Assembly: GCA_965203805.1 (NCBI GenBank)
Contig: OZ241917.1
Span: forward strand, 5,664,001 to 5,728,000
Source: Candidatus Latescibacterota bacterium
Lineage (GTDB): Bacteria > Latescibacterota > UBA2968 > GCA-2709665
Reading direction: 5' to 3'
Length of the DNA: 64,000 bases
Under the pieces are notes generated by a model, which did not search any database, had not been told where the DNA came from, and worked only from the letters and a program-made list of their open reading frames with translations. Numbering within the stretch: position 1 is the first letter of the stretch; the number at the start of each line of letters is the position of its first letter. Both the position numbers and the translations under genes were made by a program. Of the stretch, positions 38,229 to 47,853 are shown one piece after another.

Positions 38229-40376
38229 TCACCGGCGTTCGGCCGCGGCGAGCCGGTCTTCGTGGAACGGCCCCATCTCGAACGTCCTCGCGACAACGTC
38301 CAGCTGGCGCAGATAGGGTTCCTTTCTTCGATTCGGGCCGTAGACCCCGATATCCAGAAAGTAGAGCCTGTCGGTCTCCTCGTCTACCAGAACGTAGCTT
38401 CTGAAGGGTCCGCCCTTCCAGTCACGGTTGTTCTGCCAAACGCCTTCCAGGTACACCGCCAGGCGGCTCCCCAACTCCCGCTGACTCACCTTCAGGCCTG
38501 ACCGGTCGACGACGTCGTTCTCGAAGAAGCGGGCGGCGATCTCATTCCGCTTCCGGATGCACCACGCCTCCGTCAGCCGGTCCGGAGGCACCCCTTCCTC
38601 GTGGTAGACAAACAACCACTGTGTCACGCGTGCGTGGGTTCGGGTGAACACGACAAACCCGCTGTCGGCATGGTTATCGATCAGATTGAATCCGAAGGGT
38701 ATTCGCAACCGCCATCCGAACCGGCCCGCCAGCTCCGATGCCAGCGACTCTCTCTCTCCAAAACGGAAGAGGTTCTCTGCGACCCGTTCATCGCGCTTCC
38801 CGTCGATTGCGCTGTAAATCCGATCGGCCTCCGTCATGATATTGGCTCTCAGTGCATTGCGGTCCTCACCCGTAACCAGAACCACGACCTGGTCGTCAGC
38901 CCAGACGTCCCGCCGGATGACGAAAGGAGCTGCTCCGTTCCGCATGGCATCTCTGTGCGCCTGAGGCACGAGGGAGCGCACCAGCCCGGCCGCTTCGTGG
39001 ACACCGTCCAGCGGCGCCGCGATCACGATATTCTTGCGTCGCAGTTTTCTGAATTCTTCGGGACGAACGAACAGGACATGATAGAGACGCTCCTTTCTTG
39101 GCGTCAGGATTACCCTCTCCATAACCGCCAGGAAAGGTTTCTGAAACGTCCGGGCGTCCATGGAATCCGCAATGACCGTGACCAGATCGACCCGTCCGGA
39201 ACCGGGAGGCAGTCTATCCAGCCGCAGATGCGCAAGCAGCCGGTCCTTGAACGCCGCCAGCTTCACGAACGCTTCGGAACGGCCCGGAACCTCGACCACG
39301 GGGCCCACGCGTCCGCACTGCGCCAGCACCGCCAGAATCAAGCCCGAAGCCAGCAACAGACCTGAGCGGGATAGGCGATGTTCGGCGCCGCGTCTGCCGT
39401 TCAGCAACCGTGAGACCCGACGAACGACCTGCTTCCGGTCTCCTCCTGCGCCGAAGCCCATCGTCGAACCGACCGGCGACGCCATCATCTCTGTCAGGCG
39501 CGTCAGGCAGGCCGCATAACTTCTGGCTCCTCCTGTAATGCCCACCACCACGTCGTCACAAGCGACCTCCCGATCCAGGTCCATCTGTCGAGCAATCCAC
39601 CATACGGCCGGATGGAAGAACAGAACGCACCCCGCCACCGCCTGAAAGAGTCTGGTCCAGTCGTCAAGACGGTGCAGGTGCGCCAGTTCATGCAGGACCA
39701 CCTGATCGAATTCCGCCTCCGTCAGGCGCTCCAGCGTGGACTCGGGGATCAGAATCACGGGCCTGAAGAGACCCGTCGCCGCGGGAGACTGCACGTGTGC
39801 CGAACTGCACAGGCGCACCCATCGCCGGGACTCGCAGGAGCGGATCAGACGGCGCAGCCTGTCCTGATATCGGGCGGGAAGGGGCTCTGCGCTCCGCTTG
39901 AGGCGCCGGAGGAGACGGAACCCCCGAAAGAGTCTGGCCGAGAATGCCAACGCGACCAGCATCCAGACCGCGAAGACGACCGGTGGCCACCACGCGGGAG
40001 GTTCCGGCGCAAACGCCAGCCCCGAGCGATCCGTGTGGGTCGGTCGATCAGCGCCTGGCGACGATTCAGAGGCGGCCGCATCGATCGGCCTGCGCGAACC
40101 GGGTTTTCCGTGAACGTCCGTTTCCGCAGCCTTAAACCACATCCGTGCGGCGGCCGCACGATCGGGCGGGCTCCAGATTCCGGACCAGGACAGTGCGAAC
40201 ACCACAGCCAGCGCGGCCGTGCAGATCACGTACCGGGTCCGGGCGTTGAGCCACCGGGCCAGGTTCAGCAGGCACGCGACCGCAAGCGTGATGACCAGGC
40301 CCTTCCAGAGACCATCAAGCATGGAGGACACCGTCACACGGGAAACGGCGTCGAAAATCTCATAGGCCGCCGACAT
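38229..40376 (-). CDS. BlaR1/M56 peptidase fused to a DUF4837-like C-terminal domain
   Basis: TM segments, HELAHLHRLD, FFHPAVWW, REVACD; C-terminus DVWADDQ, GVWQN..KGGPFRSY, YGPNRRK. Confidence 0.8.
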   Translation of the reverse strand: MSAAYEIFDAVSRVTVSSMLDGLWKGLVITLAVACLLNLARWLNARTRYVICTAALAVVFALSWSGIWSPPDRAAAARMWFKAAETDVHGKPGSRRPIDAAASESSPGADRPTHTDRSGLAFAPEPPAWWPPVVFAVWMLVALAFSARLFRGFRLLRRLKRSAEPLPARYQDRLRRLIRSCESRRWVRLCSSAHVQSPAATGLFRPVILIPESTLERLTEAEFDQVVLHELAHLHRLDDWTRLFQAVAGCVLFFHPAVWWIARQMDLDREVACDDVVVGITGGARSYAACLTRLTEMMASPVGSTMGFGAGGDRKQVVRRVSRLLNGRRGAEHRLSRSGLLLASGLILAVLAQCGRVGPVVEVPGRSEAFVKLAAFKDRLLAHLRLDRLPPGSGRVDLVTVIADSMDARTFQKPFLAVMERVILTPRKERLYHVLFVRPEEFRKLRRKNIVIAAPLDGVHEAAGLVRSLVPQAHRDAMRNGAAPFVIRRDVWADDQVVVLVTGEDRNALRANIMTEADRIYSAIDGKRDERVAENLFRFGERESLASELAGRFGWRLRIPFGFNLIDNHADSGFVVFTRTHARVTQWLFVYHEEGVPPDRLTEAWCIRKRNEIAARFFENDVVDRSGLKVSQRELGSRLAVYLEGVWQNNRDWKGGPFRSYVLVDEETDRLYFLDIGVYGPNRRKEPYLRQLDVVARTFEMGPFHEDRLAAAERR

Positions 40377-40386
40377 AGACAGTTTC

Positions 40387-40764
40387 CTAACTGCTTTCGT
40401 CCACCATTCGTTTCAGACGATCGAGAACGTCCCCGTCGACCGCTTCGTTCTCGACGATGTTCAGCATCAGCGCTTCGGGCGAATTGTTGAAAAACCGGCT
40501 CATCATGTACCGGACCACGCTTCTTCTGGCTTCCTCGCGGCCGACTACGGGCTGGTAGACGTAGGCCCTGCCTTCCTTTTCGTGGGACACGTAACCCTTC
40601 CGTTCGAGAATCCTGAGCGTTGTCAGCACCGTGCTGTAAGCGAGCGGCGCTGTGCCGGGCAACGCCGCGACAACGTCGCTGACGGTTGCCGTTTCCTTCT
40701 TCCACAGCACGTCCATCAGCCTGAGTTCGGCTTCGGTAAGCGTGGGTGACTTCGGCCTTGCCAT
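40387..40764 (-). CDS. BlaI/MecI/CopY family repressor
   Basis: LTEAELRLMDVLW, LAYSTVLTTLRILERKG, GRAYVY. Confidence 0.92.
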   Translation of the reverse strand: MARPKSPTLTEAELRLMDVLWKKETATVSDVVAALPGTAPLAYSTVLTTLRILERKGYVSHEKEGRAYVYQPVVGREEARRSVVRYMMSRFFNNSPEALMLNIVENEAVDGDVLDRLKRMVDESS

Positions 40765-40950
40765 GCGCTGTGCTCCTGTAAATAACCATGCGAATTGGAC
40801 GAGTACTTGTCGCGCCCTTCGCCGGACTCGCCGTCGGGGGACGATGTTCGGACAGTTACAGCCTGAATGCGGGAATCCATGACCGGAACGACTCAGCAGC
40901 GCGTGGGATGGACCGGCCGGCGATTGCGTGCGATTAATTCCTTAATATGA

Positions 40951-40978
40951 AATATATCCAATTTCACTCGTTTGTCAA
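40951..40978 (-). promoter_or_regulatory. sigma70-type promoter for the blaI-like operon
   Basis: TTGACA-16 nt-TATATT on the minus strand. Confidence 0.55.
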
Positions 40979-41102
40979 TTAAAAAATTAATAATTCGTCC
41001 GGGGAACGGCCCGGCCGTGATGTTCCGATCAACGGCAGTCACACCGGTGGCGTCCATGTAGTCTTGCCGGCCGAGGAAATCTCAAAATACCGTGCAATTT
41101 TC

Positions 41103-41163
41103 TTGACAATTGCCCTGAAGATGGATAAATTAAAACGTTCGTTTGAATCATACGTTTGATTAA
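41103..41163 (+). promoter_or_regulatory. promoter plus putative TetR operator
   Basis: TTGACA-17-TAAATT followed by AAACGTTCGTTTGA and a second CGTTTGA half-site. Confidence 0.6.
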
Positions 41164-41190
41164 ATTTCTCCATTAAATCCCCGAATCAGC

Positions 41191-41835
41191 ATGAACCAGA
41201 CCGATACCCACAACCGGTTGCTCGACGCTGCCGAACATCTGTTTGCGGAACACGGGATCGCGGCCACGTCCCTGCGGGCCATCACCTCGGAGGCGCCGGC
41301 CAACCTGGCGTCAATCCACTATCACTTCGGGTCCAGGGAAGCGCTGGTCGAAGCCGTCTTCGCCCGGCGGCTCAAACCGCTCAACCGGGAGCGGTGCCGC
41401 CTTCTCGACCTGGAAGAAGCCGCCGCCGACGGCCCGCCTCCCGTCGAAGCCATCGTTTACGCCTTCGTTGCGCCCGCATTGCGGCTCGCACACGATCCCG
41501 ACGGCGGCGGCGAGCATTTCACGTGTCTCATGGGGAGGCTGTATTCGGAACCCGGAGACCTGGCGTACAAAATCATCAAGCAATTCGAGGAGGTCTTCCT
41601 TCGATTTACCGCGGCGCTGTCCCGAAGCCTGCCCCACCTGTCCCGGGCCGATCTGCTGTGGAGGTTCTTTTTCATGGTCGGCAGCATGAGCATGCCGCTG
41701 ATGGGCAGGCACATCATCCCGCGCAGGACCGACGGGCTGTGCGATCCGTCCGACGTCGAAAACAACATCAAACGCCTCGTGGCGTTTCTCGCGGCGGGAC
41801 TCCGAGCCGCCGCCCACAACGGAGACACAACTTGA
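41191..41835 (+). CDS. TetR family regulator
   Basis: LLDAAEHLFAEHG, TSLRAIT, IHYHFGSREAL. Confidence 0.92.
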   Translation: MNQTDTHNRLLDAAEHLFAEHGIAATSLRAITSEAPANLASIHYHFGSREALVEAVFARRLKPLNRERCRLLDLEEAAADGPPPVEAIVYAFVAPALRLAHDPDGGGEHFTCLMGRLYSEPGDLAYKIIKQFEEVFLRFTAALSRSLPHLSRADLLWRFFFMVGSMSMPLMGRHIIPRRTDGLCDPSDVENNIKRLVAFLAAGLRAAAHNGDTT

Positions 41836-43274
41836 GAACCGTTCTGTCCATTCTCTCGCTGGCAGTGGCGGCCTGTGCCTCGGCGCCGGGGGTGAACCCC
41901 CCGGATGTCGACGTGACGCTTCCGGAGGGCTGGTCCGCGGGACCCGCCGGGACGGCGCCGGCGGACACGCTGTGGTGGCGTGCATTCAACGACGAGACCC
42001 TTACCGGACTGGTTGCAGACGCACTCGCGAGAAACCACAATCTTCAGGTCTCCGCCGCCAGGGTACGCGCCGCCGCGGCTCGCGCAAGGATCGCGGGGGC
42101 CCCGCTCTATCCCGATGCCGGAGGCCGGGCCAGCGGGTCCAGGAGGAAACAGAACTTCATCGGTCTGCCCATCCCCGGATCCGGAAACGGCGTCCTGACT
42201 TCCACCTCGAGCAATTTCGGCCTTTCACTCGACGTTTCGTGGGAACTCGATCTCTGGAACCGGCTGGGAGCCGGTGCGTCAGCGGCGCTGGCCGACGTGG
42301 AGGCGGCGCGCGCGGACCACAACGGCGCGCGACTCTCGCTGGCAGGGCAGACCGTCAAGGCCTGGTTCGCCGCGGTGGAGGCGCGCAGGCAGGTCGAACT
42401 CTCGGAAGCCACGGTTGAGAATTTCAGGACGTCCAGCGAGGTCGTGCGGGAACGGTACCGGCGCGGCCTGAGGCATGCACTGGACCTCCGGCGCGCGCTG
42501 TCGAGCCTTGCCGGGGCCGAAGCCGTACTCCAGCAACACCGGCTTGTATTCGGCGCAACCTGCCGCCAGCTGGAAGTACTCCTGGGCAGGTATCCCGCCG
42601 CCGCCCTCAGGCCGGGCGTAACCCTGCCGGAACTCCCGGCGGCGATTCCCGCCGGCCTTCCCGCCGATCTTGTGGCGCGGCGGCCTGACCTCGTCGCGGC
42701 GGAACGCAGACTGGCCGCATCCTACGCCCGGTACACGCAGGCCAGGCGGGCGCTCTATCCGCGCATCAGCCTGACGGGCTCCGCAGGCACGTCCACCAGG
42801 GACCTCGAGAGTCTGCTCGACGGCGACTTCAGCGTCTGGAATCTGGCCGGCAACATCCTGCAGCCTCTCTTCCAGGGCGGACGAATCAGGGGCGGCATTC
42901 AGTTGGCCGCCTCGCAATCCGAGCAGGCCGTCTCCGCGTACGTTCAGAGCGTCCTGGCGGCCTATGCCGAAGTCGAGACCGCGCTCGCGGCGGAGACGCT
43001 CCTGGCGAAAAGACAGGCGGCACTGGAAACCGCAACCGAACAGGCCCTCGCCGCGCGCCGTCTCGCCGAAGACCGGTACGCCGGCGGGCTCGCGGACCTG
43101 AACACCATGCTCGATGCCCAGCGCGGGGCCTACGCGTCAGAGAGCCAGCTCATCGCCGTACGCCGGCAGCGCCTGGAGAACCGTGTCAACCTGCATCTCG
43201 CCCTGGGCGGGGGCTTCGGGGATTCCACCAGGATGGTTTCAACGACGTCGATAACGCAAACGGAAGGACTGTAG
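41832..43274 (+). CDS. RND efflux outer-membrane lipoprotein (OprM/NodT family)
   Basis: TTG start, lipobox VAAC, WWRAFND, SWELDLW, RRPDLVAAE, LGGG. Confidence 0.9.
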   Translation: MRTVLSILSLAVAACASAPGVNPPDVDVTLPEGWSAGPAGTAPADTLWWRAFNDETLTGLVADALARNHNLQVSAARVRAAAARARIAGAPLYPDAGGRASGSRRKQNFIGLPIPGSGNGVLTSTSSNFGLSLDVSWELDLWNRLGAGASAALADVEAARADHNGARLSLAGQTVKAWFAAVEARRQVELSEATVENFRTSSEVVRERYRRGLRHALDLRRALSSLAGAEAVLQQHRLVFGATCRQLEVLLGRYPAAALRPGVTLPELPAAIPAGLPADLVARRPDLVAAERRLAASYARYTQARRALYPRISLTGSAGTSTRDLESLLDGDFSVWNLAGNILQPLFQGGRIRGGIQLAASQSEQAVSAYVQSVLAAYAEVETALAAETLLAKRQAALETATEQALAARRLAEDRYAGGLADLNTMLDAQRGAYASESQLIAVRRQRLENRVNLHLALGGGFGDSTRMVSTTSITQTEGL

Positions 43275-43277
43275 AAC

Positions 43278-44549
43278 ATGAGCATAAAGCCCTTGCAAAG
43301 CAGGCATCCGGAAAGGCCGCGCCTCTTCGCACGTATCTGGCGCTGGATTCGACGGCATCCGAAGGCGTTGCTCCCGCCGGCGGTGATTTCGTTCGGAGGT
43401 CTCTGCGCGTACGTCCTGATCGTCACACGGTCCGAGGTCGCGTTGGCGCCTCCGGAGACACCGCCACCTCTGGTACGGGCGATGCCCGTCGAAATCCAGG
43501 ATGTACAACTCGCATTGCAAGCCCAGGGCACCGTTGCCCCGCGTACCAAGACCAGCCTTGTGTCGCAGGTTGCAGGCCAGATCATCTCGGTCTCTCCCGC
43601 GTTTGCCAACGGAGGCTTCTTCAGAGCCGGTGACGTTCTGCTCGCCGTCGATCCGCGCGACTACGAACTCGCGGTGGACCGGGCCCGGGCCGTGGTCGCG
43701 CAGGCCGAGGTACGGTTGGCGCGGGAGAAGGAAGAAGCCGACCTGGCCAGGCAGGAATGGCAGCGCCTGGGCAACGGCGAAGCCACGGACCTGGCCCTCC
43801 GAAAACCCCAGCTGGCCGACGCCCGGGCCGCCCTCCAGGCCGCGCGGGCATCCCGGGAGCAGGCACGGCTCGCACTCGAGCGGACCCGCATCCGGGCGCC
43901 CTACGAAGGGCGGGTGCTGTCCAAGATCGTGGACCTGGGGCAGTACGTCAATCCCGGCGCTCCCGTCGCCCGCATCTACGCCGTGGACTATGCCGAGATC
44001 CGCCTGCCTGTGCCGCACGAGCAACTTGCCTATCTGGACCTGGTCTACAACGCTCGCAGCGAACTCGCGCCGGCCTCCCGCCCGAAAGCCCGGGTTCATG
44101 CGGATTTCGCCGGGGCGCCGCACACATGGAACGGCGAAATCGTTCGCATCGAAGGGGAGATTGACGCCCGCACGCGCATGGTCAATCTGGTCGCGCGCGT
44201 CGACGCGCCGTACGACCGGGGCGATGACAAGAGCCGCGCTCCCCTGTTCGCCGGGCTTTTTGTCGAGGTGGAAGTCCTTGGGCGCGTCGCCAGGGACATC
44301 GCGGTGATTCCTCGCACGGCCCTGAGGGGCGCCAACCAGGTCCTTGTGATCGACGACGACGACCGTCTGCGTTTTCGTCAGGTCGATCTGTTGAGGCTCG
44401 AAGCGGAGAACGCCCTCATCCGGTCCGGCCTCGCCGGAGGGGAACGGGTCTGCATCTCCACGCTGGATGCCGTCGTGGAGGGCATGCAGGTGCGCATCCT
44501 CGCCCCGGAGAACGAGGCCGCGACCCGATCTGAAGGAGGCGCCGGATGA
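43278..44549 (+). CDS. RND efflux periplasmic adaptor
   Basis: TM anchor, VAGQI, IRAPYEG lipoyl-like motifs, TRMV. Confidence 0.9.
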   Translation: MSIKPLQSRHPERPRLFARIWRWIRRHPKALLPPAVISFGGLCAYVLIVTRSEVALAPPETPPPLVRAMPVEIQDVQLALQAQGTVAPRTKTSLVSQVAGQIISVSPAFANGGFFRAGDVLLAVDPRDYELAVDRARAVVAQAEVRLAREKEEADLARQEWQRLGNGEATDLALRKPQLADARAALQAARASREQARLALERTRIRAPYEGRVLSKIVDLGQYVNPGAPVARIYAVDYAEIRLPVPHEQLAYLDLVYNARSELAPASRPKARVHADFAGAPHTWNGEIVRIEGEIDARTRMVNLVARVDAPYDRGDDKSRAPLFAGLFVEVEVLGRVARDIAVIPRTALRGANQVLVIDDDDRLRFRQVDLLRLEAENALIRSGLAGGERVCISTLDAVVEGMQVRILAPENEAATRSEGGAG

Positions 44550-47500
44550 ATCGCGCAATTGCCTGGTTCGCCGAAAACAGCGTCGCGGCCAATCTGCTCA
44601 TGGTCGTTATCCTGGCCAGCGGCCTGCTCACGATCGGCAGCATCGAAGTTGAGACCTTTCCTGAAATCGCGGCCGATGTCATTTCGGTCTCGGTAGTCTA
44701 TCGCGGGGCAGCGCCGGAGGAGGTTGAAGAAGCCGTCTGCGTGCGGGTCGAAGAGGCCGTCCAGAGCCTGGAAGGCATCAAACGCATCCGTTCGACAGCT
44801 TCTGAGAATCGAGGCAGCGTCAACATTGAGCTTGTGCCGGGCGCGGATGCCCGGAAACTCCTGGAGGACGTCAAGTCCGCCGTCGACGCCATCGACACGT
44901 TTCCGGATGAAACCGAACAACCCGTCATCCAGGAAGTCGTGATTCGCCGCCAGGTGATCAACGTGGCCGTCTCGGGCGACGCCGACGAGGCCACCCTGAA
45001 ATTTCTGGGTGAACAGGTCCGGGACGAAATCACCGCGATCCCTGGTGTCACCCAGGCGGAACTGAGCGGGGCGCGTCCGTACGAGGTCTCCATTGAAGTC
45101 TCGGAAGCCGCGCTCCGGCGTTTCAGCCTGACCTTCGACGAAGTCGTCAGGGCGGTACGCCGTTCTTCACTTGATCTCCCCGGCGGCGCCATCAAGACGG
45201 AAGGCGGCGAAATCCTGCTGCGAACAAAAGGTCAGGCCTACCGGGGCACGGCCTTTGAGAACATCACGCTGCGAACCCGTCCGGATGGCGCTGCGCTCAC
45301 CGTGGGGGACGTGGCCACGGTCGTGGACGGATTCGCCGACGCGGATCTCTCCAGCCGTTTCGACCGGGAGCCAGGCGTGATTGTACGGGTCTTCCGGGTC
45401 GGCGACCAGGACGCGCTCGACATCTCCCGGAGAGTCAAGGAGTACGTCAAATCCGCTGAATCACGCATGCCAGAGGGCATTTCACTGACCATCTACGCGG
45501 ATTTCTCCAGGATTCTCGAAGGCCGCCTGAACCTGATGCTGAAAAACGGCCGCGGGGGTTTCATCCTCGTTCTCGTCATCTTGGCGCTGTTCCTGAGGCT
45601 TCGCCTGGCCTTCTGGATCGCTCTGGGTATTCCCATTTCGTTCCTCGGCGCCATATGGATGATGCCCGCCGTGGACGCGTCAATCAACGTGATTTCGCTC
45701 TTCGCGTTTATCGTCGTGCTCGGAATCGTCGTCGACGACGCCATTATCGTCGGTGAAAACATCTACCGTCGGTTTCAGATGGGCGAGCACGGCCTCCGCG
45801 GCGCCATCGCCGGCGCACAGGAGGTCGCGGTGCCGGTCACCTTTGCGGTGATGACCTCAATTGCCGCGTTTTCGCCCCTCCTGATGGTTCCCGGCAACTC
45901 CGGTAAGATCATGAGATTGATTCCGGAGATTGTTATCCTGACGCTGATTTTCTCGCTGGTGGAATCCCTGCTGATCCTGCCCGCCCACCTTGCGCACGCC
46001 AGGCTGCGAGGCCGCAAAAAAACAACCAGCCGTATCGGCGGGACCTTGAGACGGTTTAGAAACGGCTTTTTGTCCCGCCTGGATTGGATCATCCACCAGG
46101 TCTACCGGCCGTTTCTCGAACGATGCCTGGAGTGGCGTTACCTCACCATCGCGGTGGGCGTGGCCGTCCTGATGTTCAGCGCCGGGCTTATTGGCGGCGG
46201 GTGGATACGCTTCTCGTTCTTCCCCCAGGTCCCCGCCGACAACGTGGCAGCGATTCTGACCATGCCCCAGGGAACTCCGGCCGAGATCACCGCCCGTGCA
46301 GTCCGCCACCTGGAATCATCCGCATTCCAGATTGAAGACGAACTGGAATCGCAGTACAATCAGGAAGTCTTCACGCACATGCTCGCCGTGGTGGGTGACC
46401 AGCCGCTGCGTAGCGTGCAGCGACAGAACACGGGCAGTAATTCCTTTATCTCCGGCGGCCATCTGGGCGAGGTCAATATCGAACTCACGCCGGCCGAGGA
46501 GCGAAGCATCAGTAGCGTCGAAATTGCGAGACGATGGCGCGAACTGACCGGTCCCATCCCCGATGCCACAGAGTTGACGTACACGTCGTCCCTTTTTTCG
46601 GCCGGGGATCCCATAAACATTCAGCTTACGGGACCCGACTACGTCGAACTCCGGGCCGCCGCGGAGAAACTCAAGAGCAAGCTGGCCGAGTACCCGGGCG
46701 TTCAGGATATCGCCGACTCGTTTCGCCCCGGGAAGAAGGAAGTCAAACTTTCTTTGACTCGTGAGGCCCGCCTCCTTGGCATTACCATTTCAGACCTGGC
46801 GCGACAGGTGCGCCAGGCATTCTACGGCGAAGAAGCACAACGCATCCAACGGGGTCGGGACGACGTCCGCGTGATGGTGCGATATCCGGAACCCGAACGG
46901 CGATCGTTGAACAATCTGGAAACCATGCGTATTCGAACGCCGGAGGGCGCCGAGGTACCGTTCTCGGTCGCCGCTCGAACCGAACCGGGCAGGGGATACG
47001 CGGCCATCAACCGTACGGACCGTCAGCGCGTCGTAACCGTGACGGCCGACGTCGACCAGAACAGAGCCAACACCAATGAGATCATCGGCGACGTCACCAC
47101 ACACGTGCTGCCGGCCATCGTCGCGGACCACCCACGCATCCGCTACACTCTGGAAGGTGAACAGAGGGAGCAGCAGGAGTCCGTCTCGGGTCTTGTGCGG
47201 AGCTTCGGTATTGCATTGATCGTCATTTTCGGCCTGCTCGCGATCCCGTTTCGTTCCTACCTGCAGCCGCTCATTATCATGGCCATCATTCCATTCGGTT
47301 TCGTAGGCGCGGTCTGGGGTCACGTCATTATGGGTCTGAACCTTACCATCCTGTCTCTGTTCGGTCTCGTTGCGTTATCCGGCGTGGTCATCAACGACAG
47401 CCTGGTATTGGTACATTTTATCAACCGCAGACGCGCGGAAGGCAAGCGCCTGAACCACGCCATCCGTGAAGCAGGGGCCGCGCGCTTCCGTCCCATCGTC

Positions 47501-47746
47501 CTCACCTCATTAACTACCTTCGGCGGTTTGACGCCACTACTCTTCGAGACCAGCCTTCAGGCTCAATTCCTCATCCCGATGGCGACCTCGCTGGGCTTCG
47601 GCGTCATTTTCGGTACGGCGGTCATCCTGATTCTCGTTCCGGTCACCTATGCCATCCTGGAAGACATCAGGCACGGCGTCGTGGGGCTGTTCCGCCGTCA
47701 GCCGGCCGCCGAACCGGAAGCCGCGCCCCGTCCCGCGGATGATTGA
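44546..47746 (+). CDS. RND efflux permease (AcrB family)
   Basis: NSVAANLLM, GIVVDDAIIVGEN, RFRPIVLTS; 1066 aa. Confidence 0.93.
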   Translation: MNRAIAWFAENSVAANLLMVVILASGLLTIGSIEVETFPEIAADVISVSVVYRGAAPEEVEEAVCVRVEEAVQSLEGIKRIRSTASENRGSVNIELVPGADARKLLEDVKSAVDAIDTFPDETEQPVIQEVVIRRQVINVAVSGDADEATLKFLGEQVRDEITAIPGVTQAELSGARPYEVSIEVSEAALRRFSLTFDEVVRAVRRSSLDLPGGAIKTEGGEILLRTKGQAYRGTAFENITLRTRPDGAALTVGDVATVVDGFADADLSSRFDREPGVIVRVFRVGDQDALDISRRVKEYVKSAESRMPEGISLTIYADFSRILEGRLNLMLKNGRGGFILVLVILALFLRLRLAFWIALGIPISFLGAIWMMPAVDASINVISLFAFIVVLGIVVDDAIIVGENIYRRFQMGEHGLRGAIAGAQEVAVPVTFAVMTSIAAFSPLLMVPGNSGKIMRLIPEIVILTLIFSLVESLLILPAHLAHARLRGRKKTTSRIGGTLRRFRNGFLSRLDWIIHQVYRPFLERCLEWRYLTIAVGVAVLMFSAGLIGGGWIRFSFFPQVPADNVAAILTMPQGTPAEITARAVRHLESSAFQIEDELESQYNQEVFTHMLAVVGDQPLRSVQRQNTGSNSFISGGHLGEVNIELTPAEERSISSVEIARRWRELTGPIPDATELTYTSSLFSAGDPINIQLTGPDYVELRAAAEKLKSKLAEYPGVQDIADSFRPGKKEVKLSLTREARLLGITISDLARQVRQAFYGEEAQRIQRGRDDVRVMVRYPEPERRSLNNLETMRIRTPEGAEVPFSVAARTEPGRGYAAINRTDRQRVVTVTADVDQNRANTNEIIGDVTTHVLPAIVADHPRIRYTLEGEQREQQESVSGLVRSFGIALIVIFGLLAIPFRSYLQPLIIMAIIPFGFVGAVWGHVIMGLNLTILSLFGLVALSGVVINDSLVLVHFINRRRAEGKRLNHAIREAGAARFRPIVLTSLTTFGGLTPLLFETSLQAQFLIPMATSLGFGVIFGTAVILILVPVTYAILEDIRHGVVGLFRRQPAAEPEAAPRPADD

Positions 47747-47787
47747 TACGGGATTCCCGCGTCAATGGAGAGTCGACGGACCAGGGT

Positions 47788-47851
47788 TTGACAATTTTGC
47801 AGTCAATTGCAAATTTGTCTTGACATTTTTGCAGTTTAGTGCAAATTTGTC
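47788..47851 (+). promoter_or_regulatory. tandem pair of 32-bp palindromic units
   Basis: TTGACAATTTTGCAGTCAATTGCAAATTTGTC followed by TTGACATTTTTGCAGTTTAGTGCAAATTTGTC, ending 2 nt before the ATG. Confidence 0.7.
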
Positions 47852-47853
47852 AT

